Source: the human T2T-CHM13v2.0 reference genome, Homo sapiens
Assembly (NCBI RefSeq): GCF_009914755.1
Contig: NC_060927.1
Direction: 5' to 3' (one strand)
Length of the DNA: 64,000 nt
Made by a program: the position numbers and the translations under genes. Shown here piece by piece: positions 54,001 through 64,000 of this stretch (position 1 is the first letter of the stretch; every line of letters begins with the position of its first letter). The notes below the pieces were generated by a model. The model saw nothing but the letters and a program-made list of their open reading frames with translations, ran no database searches and was not told the DNA's origin.

Positions 54001-55978
54001 GAGCTGCTTATATTTAAATGCATTGCCAGAGGGGGCATTTGCAACAATAAACATTTTTTACTAATGTTGTTTTTGGCTTGCTTTCATGACACTGTCCCTC
54101 AGATGCATACTTTAACAAAGCCAGGGCATAGAAAAGGAGAATCATTAGTCCGAAATTGTCTATTCCCATCACTCCACTCTACCTTGTATCTGGACTGAGG
54201 AAATTTCAGTGTATACTAAAATATCATGTTTTTAGCGCTACACTTAAACAAGAATATCTATGTCAGGGAAATACCAGAAGCCCTATGAACTAACAATCAT
54301 CAACTCCTTCAAGTACTCCTAGGGTACACAGACTCCATGTTAAATAAAGACCACTCTTCAACGTTCTCAAGTCAGGTCAACCAGAATCCTGTTTGCGTCA
54401 GAGCTTTAGACTTTCTGGCAAAATCCGGTAGAGTACCTCAGGTCCAGGAGTTGGGCCCTAGACCTCAGAACCAAGGCAGAAGCTATGCTCCCTTCCCTCA
54501 GCCTGCCTCCACCTAGGAGTTCACTGTGTCTTTGAGGGGACCCTGAGAGCTACTGCATGTCTCATCTGGCCTTGAGCCCCACATAGCATAAGAGGAAAGT
54601 CTCCGAGTCAGCATTGGTGGTGTCCTTGTGGTTCTCTGTGACCATATCCCCATGGAAATCCTTATACTCTTAACCAGAGGGACCCCATGACTGACCAAGC
54701 CCATCTACCTTACGGAGTCTAAGACAGACCTACAATCACCAAGATAAAAGTTCTTCAATTTCCAGCCCTTGGCAGCAGTGAGAAGAGTAATGAAAGAGAA
54801 ATGTGAGACATAAAAATTGAGTTTGGGGTCAGGGAGAGCTTAAGCTCTTTGTAACTAACATGGTTACCTGAGCCAATCATTGTTAATGTCATCAAATTCT
54901 CAGTATCTATACAACTCACTGACTTGCAGAAAAAGAGATTATACTTGTTTTTACCATTTGTGTCCTAGATGTAGTACACTGGTAGGAAGAGATGGCTCTA
55001 TTTGATGAAAAGAGAACTTTTTTCCATGTTTTAATGTTGTATTGATGATTCAGATATAGTCATACAACTTAATGTTAGAGTTTGTTTTGATTATGTAGTG
55101 AAGGCCTTTGAAAATGCCTTCATCTGTAATTTGTACTTTGATGCTTTAAACTGGTCATGCATATATGTATAGAGTCTATGTTGCTGTACTTAATTTAGTT
55201 ACTGACATCCTAAATGTTTCTTAGGCTAATTTCATAGGCACACTCTTAATTGTCCATGGTCCCCATATACCCAGGGCTCCTAGAGTCATCCCCACCCCTC
55301 CCAGGAACTAGAACAGCTATTGAAAGGGCACAGAGAAGAGTGTCCAACTGGGTCTAAGGGCACATGCCCTGATTGAGTGTATGGTCCTGACTGCTTTTCA
55401 ATCACAAAATCTTTATGAACTGTTCATTGTTTTATTATTTATGGCTTTTCTGGCCTCATTAATATAAAAGCACCTAAACTTTCAATGACGAGAACTGTGT
55501 ATTCATATACTATTGAAATTCAACCGTTAAATGTTGAACATAAACCTTTTTTCTAAACCTAATACCATGGGTTTCAGCATACAGATCTTCTCATAAACGT
55601 TCTGAATTTTCCTGGACAAATGGTAAGGATATTGTCTCAGCAGTATTTAGATGTAGTCTTAGCCATCCTGAGAGGATAATTTAGCACCAAATCTAACTTA
55701 TCTAAATACATGTAAAAATGGGGCAATTATACTGCCTTAGCCAACTCACATTAGGGTCAAGGTCTCACTGCAGGTCACTGAGAGGCTTTCCTTCATTACC
55801 AAAAAGACTTCCTCCCTGCTTGTTGAAAGGACTGTCTTCACAGGCATCAGGCCTTCTCCCACAGTTTGTGTTCCCACTTTAAAAGTAGTAAATAGACTTC
55901 CAGTATAAGATGGCATGACATCTGGCTAACAAGCCTTGAAGCAGCCCCTTCCAATATCCCATTAAAAGCTCTGTGATG

Positions 55979-56472
<494 letters not shown>

Positions 56473-56769
56473 GAAACTGGACCTTCATTGCTGTGCCAAC
56501 TGGGTGCTGCCCCTCAAGGCACCGAAGGCCACTTTGCTGGGAACATTCTAAGATGGCAAGTCTGAAAAAAAGGCTAAAAAAGTTTGTGTGAGTGGTGGTG
56601 GGGAGGGAGAGATGAGCAGTGGTGTTAGATCCTGGGACGTGGAATTCTCTCTGTGCAGCAATGATGTCAGAAGACTAAGCAGCATGTATAGAGAAGTTGG
56701 CTATGTTGGAAGATTCCAGGTACACCACAGTAGTAGCAGCAGCAGCAGCAGTATAGTAACAATAACATT

Positions 56770-56970
56770 ATAGGAGCTGACAGGTATTATTTATGATGGG
56801 CAATGTATGGTGCTCAGGGCTTTAAACACTTTTAGACCTCAAAGAACCATGTGGTGTTGGTATGTTTACTGGTTTCCTTTTACAGATAAGAAAACAGAGC
56901 TATAGAAAAGTTAGCAATTCACTCAAACTGACACAGGTAAGAAGTGGCAAAGCCTGGATTAGGCAAATAG
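56770..56970. mobile_element. MIR
   Basis: 'tttacagataagaaaacagagctatagaaaagttagcaattcactcaaactgacacaggtaagaagtggcaaagcctggatt'. Confidence 0.65.
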
Positions 56971-58734
56971 GCACAAATAAACTGGGAACTGGACTAGAGG
57001 CTATGCACATCATCTTGCCCTCCAGTTGTGCCTCTGAGAAGGAATATGCTGCTCAACCCTGAGCAAATTTGAAGACATCTCTGTGTCCTTTTGGTGACCA
57101 AACAAACAAACAAAGAACTCAGAAACTATGGCAAAAAGCATTACAGAACAAAATAAAGAAGTAGCACGTAGGACCAAGAAAAAAAAAACCCATGGAAAGG
57201 ATCCACTGTGGAATCTTATAAGGATCCTTTAGGAAGCTATTTAGCATCCTGTCGAAGCACGATATTATAGACCGCATTCCTTTTTTAAAATATCACTTTC
57301 TATATTAAGTCTTGAGGTCTTGAACTTTCTGCTTCATTTCTTTAAAAAAAAAATGGTATTCCATCTCTAGCCTTAAAAATACCAGGTCCTCCTAAATACA
57401 AAGGAGAAAAAGTATTAATATAGGAGTGAAAGGAGAAGGAGAACTAACAAACAACACAGCAGTTCACAAGATAAAATTCTCAGATAAAGTCAAAGGCCAA
57501 ATTTTACAAGAATAAAAACATGTTCTAAATCTAGTAACCGTAAGAGCGCTCTTGAAAACTGTCTATAAACGTCCATTTTTGAGAGACAGGCCTTCAAAAG
57601 TTTAAAGCTTCTTTTATGGAATAAAGCCTTTTATTCCCAAAGGACATCTACGCTACTTATTCACTGTTAGTAGCAGTATGAAATTAACACTCATGATTTT
57701 AGAGTGTGTATAAACTCCCATTGTTTTGTTATCATGCAGAGGATCTTAAAACTCTATCTTTGTTCTTTTTGCTTTGATTTATTTCTACCTTCTTATGTGC
57801 TTTCTATTTTTCTAGCTTTCTGCCCTGTCTCTTGCCATCTTTTTTGTTTTCTTCTTTTGCTTATTCCTCTCCCCACCTCCTCTACCTTCTGCTTCTTTGG
57901 AAGCAATTATCTCTATTTTAATTTTAGGAGTTACCATAGACATGTTAACGTGCTTGCTTAAAGTTAATTTCTTGATGCTGTACCCAAGCAATGCAGGAAC
58001 CATAGAATACTTTATAATTTTTCATCTTCTTCCATTTTGTATTATACTTTGGCTAGTATTTGGATTCTATATTGTTTTTTAATCTCACAAATTAGATATT
58101 ATTATTATTTTTACATGTAGCCAATGTTTATTTAGCTTTACCCAATGTATTTTTTGATTTATTTGTCCACAATTTTTTCTCACATCTCAGACCTTCCTGC
58201 ATCTGGCCTCATAATCTTACTGCCTAAAGCAATTATTTCTTTCCAAAAGCTTTATTTGATTTTCTTCAATGTGCTAGATTTTGTAAAAACTATTATTCCT
58301 TGCTTGTAAACTTTTCATTTCTTTAAACACATCAAACTTGCTATTTTATATTCCGAGTCTAATAATCTTTATGGATCTGATTTTACTGTTTATTGTTTTT
58401 GATGGTTCTCATTCATGGTGCTTTGTTTTCCCGTGCTCATCCTCAAGGCGGGCTAGATCTTTCTCAAGGAAAGGTGACTATGTGTATATGTGTTTCAATG
58501 TGAAGTTGTGTCCCTTGGAACCTTATCTATAAGAATTCTTTGAGACCTAATTGAGATTGCATTTTTCCAGAGAAGATTTGCATTTGTCCCTCCCAGTTAA
58601 TTATACAAACATTCTGAGACCACTTCAATTAAAATTCTTTTTTGATTTTTCATATGTGGGGGATATAAATTCATACAAAAAGCCAGGTGAGGGTCAGGTT
58701 GTAGTTACAGATTCTGAAGTGAGATTTTCTACTA

Positions 58735-59043
58735 CAGTCAGCCCTCTGTATCTGTGGGTTCCATATCATGGATTCAACCAACCAGTGATTAAAAGAAATA
58801 AACAATAAAAAATAACAATGCATTAATTTTTAAAAGACAAAGTTTTTAAATGCAGTATAACAAGTATTCACATAGCATTTACATTGTATTAGGTATCTTA
58901 AGTAAATCTGGAGATGATTTAAAGTATACGGCAGTAAGTATGTACATTATATGCAGATTCTATGCCATTTTATATAAGGGACTTGAACATGGTATCTGTG
59001 AGAGTCTTGGAACCAATCTCTCAAGGATACCAAGGGACAACTG
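58735..59043 (+). mobile_element. MER2 (TcMar-Tigger) MITE
   Basis: TA|cagtcagccctctgtatctgtgggttcc ... ggataccaagggacaactg|TA. Confidence 0.85.
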
Positions 59044-61273
59044 TATAAATTTCAAGTGAGATTGTGTTTACCATCGCCACTGGCCAAAGACATGCAGTGC
59101 CTCTCCACTCTGTTCTTCCCCTTCAGTGCACATGGCAAAGGCCTAGAAATGTTACAAGTTGGGCTGGGTGTGAGTGGTAGTGAAACTCTCCCTGCTGTAT
59201 CTCAGTCTGTGACTGTTTAGCATATATTCCTCATTCAAAGTAAATTTCAAGTTAGTTTTTTACAGAAACACCTTTTGAAGTTGCTGGGAAAATATGGCAG
59301 AGCCAAGAAAGTTGACATCTTTATTGTCTTCTGTTTGACATTGGGATCAAACACTGTATTTGTCATCTGCAGAACAATAGTATTTTGACCTTTATCTCTC
59401 TACACAGCATTTAGGCAAAAAAAAAATGGACTGTGTAAAGATTTTTTTATTATACTCTGCTGAGCAGGACAGTTATGTTATGACATCAGTTTTACAATTG
59501 TTCTTTAATCTTTATGTCAATAATATATTCAAACGTATTGAATCTCCTAAAGTAGTTAGCATTTACTAAGTTCCATACCTAATGCCTAAGTAACTACCTG
59601 GGGTATGTTTTAAGAAAACAACTCTGAACTGCCTGCATCTGCTGCTTTGTCATGCCTGGGAGAAACAGACTCTCTTATATTAATCTATGAAGAATTTTAA
59701 AAGAATGAAAACCCGAGTTTATCAAGTTCATGTTACTATCTTTATGTATTGACATTTGGAAATGTCTCTAGTCATTGTTTTTCATTATCACTATGGCTTT
59801 TAAAGCCTCCAATATTGTCATTTTGGCAAATAAGTGAACACCATCAACTGTGTGAAAACAATGAGCCTCACTTTGTGATGTGACATGGGGAAGATATTTT
59901 TTAATTTTCTAGCAGGTGCTGGGCCATGAGTCTGACTCATAAAGATAGTAATTATACCTCTTTTCTGAAGTGAAGCATCAGAGAAAGAACATACTAAAAT
60001 TAATGGAGAAAGCAAGACTTGGGTAGTTCATTCTCTGTATCTGGAGAATCCGTGATCTCTAGAGATTTTTTTTTTTAAATGAACCAGGATAGCACAGGCA
60101 TAGATATTTGTCTTTGTGTCAAAACCATGGCCCCTTAGCAAATTGAATCTCCTCTTATCTTTAGACAATTCAAGAAAGATAAAAATCTTGAGGTTTTTAT
60201 AGTATTGCACACAGATAAATCCTTCTTACAGATTGGAACCAAATTTTTAATGTGTTTGAAATGGCAAAGAAAATGTATTTCAGAAATGATTTTCACATGA
60301 AAAAAACTTTTAAATTAGAAGACTCCATACAGGCAGGGTGGTGATTGTGTAAACATGCCACATTATGTGAAAATGAGAGCTGATAGATTCATGTAGAGCA
60401 TGCACTAGTGATACCATGAATCAGAACAAGAAATGTTCTCTCATTCCTTAAGTGTTGAAACTAAGGTGGAAGGAGAAGTGGGGAGAGGGCTGGTTTGATA
60501 GTGAGATAGTGTTACAAAGACCAGCTGAAAACAAGAAGCAAAAATTGCAAGATAGGTGCATTTTAATTTGAATTTCAAGGGGCAAATATGTGACCTTGAA
60601 TATTTGCTCTATGCCTCTTCCAGCAACCATAGATATAGGCATAAAATAGCCCTAAACCAATAGAAGATTATCTTCTCTCTCTCCCTCCCCCTATTTTTAT
60701 AATATAACATAAAACAATAAGAAGAAACTGATTAAAAAGGAAATTACTAGGAATTAATTTGAGAAGGAAAATGTTGAAGAATAGTTTCCATCAATCTGGC
60801 ATTACTGCATGTCCTTAAACCATCCTCTGATTGCTTGTAGCAACTTCTTTCCCAAACCTCTTCATTGTTCTTTAGCCTCAGTAAAGGATGGTGTTGCGAT
60901 TAAAGACCACTGTCTTGTACACAAGTGACATATTGTGCATTACTTTGCAATCAATACTGTTTTGTGGGTTGATGATGATACTAAAGAATTGTTTGAGGTT
61001 TCCTTGGGCTTCAAACAATCAAACAAACAAAACCTACATGCAATCAGATCTTGTTATTGGCTGTGGAGAAAGGCAAGTTGTCACAGACTTCTATTACCTA
61101 GGTAGGTCATTATTTTAAAGGGATATGAGAGCAACAGCAATATAAGCCTGGAACTTATGACTAGGACAGTGTTTATGGATAAAATTTTGATCACTGTGTT
61201 CATTGTTTCTTTTCCCTGACATCTACAAGTACAGGAATGCAAACAATAACTAAGAATTTACTGTGTCCCTTCA

Positions 61274-61650
61274 TGTTATGGACTGAATTGTGTCCCCCCA
61301 AAATTCGTATGTTGAAGGTCTACCCCCGATATAACTATATTTAGAGATAAGGTTTTTAAAGAGGTAATTAAATTTAAATGAGGTCATAAGGGTAGGACCC
61401 TAATGCAATACAACTGATGTCCTTATAAGAAGAAGGGACGCCAGATGCTTGCACACGGAGAGAAGGCCATGTAAGGACACAATGAGAAGGTGGCCGAGTA
61501 CAAGCCAAGCAGAGAGGTCTCAGGAGAAATGAAACCTGCTGATCCCCTGAGCCTGGACTTCCAGCCTCCAGAACTGTGAAAAAATAAATGTCTGTTGTTT
61601 AATCCACCCAGTCTTTGGTATTTGGTATGCCAGCCCTAGAAAACTAAGAC
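61274..61650 (+). mobile_element. MLT1A/B MaLR LTR
   Basis: tgttatggactgaattgtgtccccccaaaattcgtatgttgaa ... ggacttccagcctccagaactgtga..aaataaatgtctgttgttta. Confidence 0.85.
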
Positions 61651-62203
61651 CCTTGGGATGGTTTACAGGTGTAATGCCATCCCATTGTGATATCAAGTTG
61701 CAGCCTAGAATCCTGAAGATAGCCAAAATCCCGTGAGAGCCTGACATACATACTAGATTTGGCTTCTCTATCAACTTTTTTTCTCCCATGTGCACTATAC
61801 TATAGTAACAGGAACAGAGGGACCATCAATTAGATTCAATGTGCTGAAACCCCATGAAAAACTAGGCAGTGCATGGGAGACATTTCTCAAAAGAAGAAAT
61901 ACAAGTGGCCAACAAACACATGAAAAAAAAGTTTTAATTTGCATAGAAATGCAAATTGAAAACACACTGAGATATCATCTTACACCAGTCAGAAGGGCTA
62001 TTATTAAAAACAAAAAACAACAGATGTCGTTATGGATGCAGAGAAAGGGGAATGTCTATACACTGCTGGTGGGAATGTAAATTACTTAAACCTCTATGAA
62101 AAGCAGTGTGGAGATTTCTCAAAGAATTAAAAATAGAACTACCATTCAGAGCAATCCCACTACTGGGTATTAACCCAAAGGAAAAGAAATCATTATATAA
62201 AAA

Positions 62204-62217
62204 AGACACCTGCACAT

Positions 62218-62263
<46 letters not shown>

Positions 62264-62276
62264 ATGTGCAGGTGTC

Positions 62277-62277
<1 letters not shown>
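62204..62277. repeat. Perfect 74-bp palindrome centred on (AT)20
   Basis: agacacctgcacatggg-(at)20-cccatgtgcaggtgtct. Confidence 0.97.

Positions 62278-62283
<6 letters not shown>

Positions 62284-62327
<44 letters not shown>
62284..62327. repeat. (AC)22 microsatellite
   Basis: Direct read. Confidence 0.95.
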
Positions 62328-62328
<1 letters not shown>

Positions 62329-63879
62329 ATGGAGTACTACACAGCCATAAAAAAATAATGAAATCATATCCTTTGCATCAACATGGATGGAACTGTAGTC
62401 CATTATTCTAAGTGAACTAACTCAGAAACAGAAAATCAAATATCACATGTTCTCAAAAGTGGGAGCTAAACAATGGGTACACATGGACACAAAGATGAAA
62501 ATAATAGACACTGAGGACTCCAAAGAGGTTGGGAGGGGAGTGGGGGTTTGAAAAATTATCTATCGAGTACAATGTTCACTATTTGGGTAACACACTAGCC
62601 CAACCCCTACCCTTATGCAATATATCCATGTAACAAGCATGTATATGTATCTCCTGAATCTAAAATAAAATAAAACTTTTTTAGAAGGAATCAGTGTGCT
62701 GGACACTGCTAAGTGCTCTGAGAATACAAAATGATTTAGAGTTGTTTCCCTTAAGGGACTCATCATCTCCTGGAGAAAGACAAGATGAGCCAATACTCTG
62801 ATAAAGGTGTAAAGAGAAACTTTTGGAGCTAAGAGTGATTGATTTGAATTTTGGGCTTGGGATTCTGGGAAGGGCAGGGAGGATCAGTGAAGGTTTCACA
62901 AACAGGGAGAAGTTCAAGTAGGACTGTTTTGGTACCTATTGATCTCTAGCAATACAACTATGGAAAAACATAAAGAAGCTCATTCATTATCTCAAGGCAA
63001 GCTATGTGCCTGGACCTGAGCTAAGAATTAGAGCTATAACCTTAAGCAAGACAGAGTTCCTGACTTCAAAGAGTGTATAGCCTGCTAACACACTCGTGAT
63101 CACACCACCAAGAGTTAACCACTGCTGATATGTTGGTGCGGTCCTTCCCAATTTGAAAGAAAAAAAAGTTGAGATTACCCTGTGCGTACAGTTTTGTGCC
63201 TTGGTTTGTTTTTTCTCTCCTGGTACACAGATATTGTGAGAATTTTCCTCACAGCATTAAATAATCTACAAAATCATGATTTTGAATTGATACATCACAC
63301 ATTGTCATATGAATATATCATTGTTTACTTGAGCGATTCTCTGTTGCTGGGAAATGTTTTCTAGTTTTTGCTACTACAAAATAACACTGTAACAAATATA
63401 CTTAATCTTTATGCTTCTCTCACAATTTTCTTAGGGTAAGTTTCCAAACTAGCTAAATAACTAGTTCAAAAAGAAAGAACATTTTAGAAGCTCTTGCTGA
63501 TAGTTTTTCTAATGTGGCTTATAGAAATGTTGTCCGGGTTTGTGTTTCCCTAGCAGGTATCTGAGTGTCTTCTGCCTGGAGATTGTCAAGCGGCAGACCA
63601 TGAGGAAAGCAAGCCTGGTCCCAGGAATGGGGTGGGGAGTTTTGGCCAAGCGTGACATGAACTAAAAAATGCTGAAAGAAACCAAAAGACAGGCTACAAA
63701 CTACAATCAATGAATAGCCAGTAGGAACTTGGCAATTAAGGAAATAAATTGTAGGAAATGATTACAACACAGTCCAAGTCAACACAAAGATTTTATTTGC
63801 TTCTAGCACAATTTTAGGGCACCATTCTGAAACCTGTGTGTGACTAAAGGGATTCTGAGAAACAAAGGTTCACTGTGGG

Positions 63880-64000
63880 TGTAGTTAGAGCTCCTTGAGT
63901 AGCAAGCAACAGAAACTGACCTTGGCTCATCTAAATCAAAAGGGAATTTACTGGAAAAACAGCTGATCTTTCAATAGCTCAACTGGAAATCAGGTCCAGA
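63880..64000 (-). mobile_element. Old MLT1 (J/K-like) LTR end, truncated by window edge
   Basis: 'gcaagcaacagaaactgaccttggctcatctaaatcaaaagggaatttactggaa'. Confidence 0.5.

Larger units (their letters stand above)
61878..62674 (+). mobile_element. L1PB/L1MA 3' end, internally rearranged at 62204-62327
   Basis: ORF2 C-terminal remnants (..EMQIENTLRYHLTPVRRAII.., ..[13 protein letters not shown]..) and 3' UTR ending 'gaatctaaaataaaataaa'. Confidence 0.85.

Noticed and set aside
54020-54040. Possible CTCF site (gccagagggggca)
   Set aside because: Only the 3' core matches; too weak without ChIP data

Overview
Human (primate) genomic DNA, AT-rich and dominated by interspersed repeats; a diagnostic AluYb8 insertion points specifically to Homo sapiens. 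The + strand carries the last four coding exons (11969-12062, 25319-25483, 28662-28961, 45899-46309) of a Leu/Glu/Lys-rich coiled-coil gene that I recognise as LEKR1. These are followed by its 3' UTR and about 17 kb of downstream sequence. The introns hold old L1M copies, a young 5'-truncated L1PA, 11 Alu/FLAM elements, several MaLR solo LTRs, a near full-length Tigger1, many MER DNA-transposon fossils and a tailless 7SK retropseudogene. I see no evidence of a novel multi-gene system. The most notable unexplained structures are: (i) a ~97%-identical 370-bp inverted duplication of an ancient L1 segment 4.6 kb away; (ii) a perfect 74-bp (AT)20-centred palindrome replacing part of an L1; (iii) an 84-bp fold-back/template-switch array; (iv) a ~90%-identical direct repeat spaced 1.7 kb apart; and (v) a near-consensus, possibly polymorphic AluYb8 forming a close inverted pair with an AluY. 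Repeat subfamily names come from remembered consensus sequences, not from a search, and the boundaries of old repeats are approximate.
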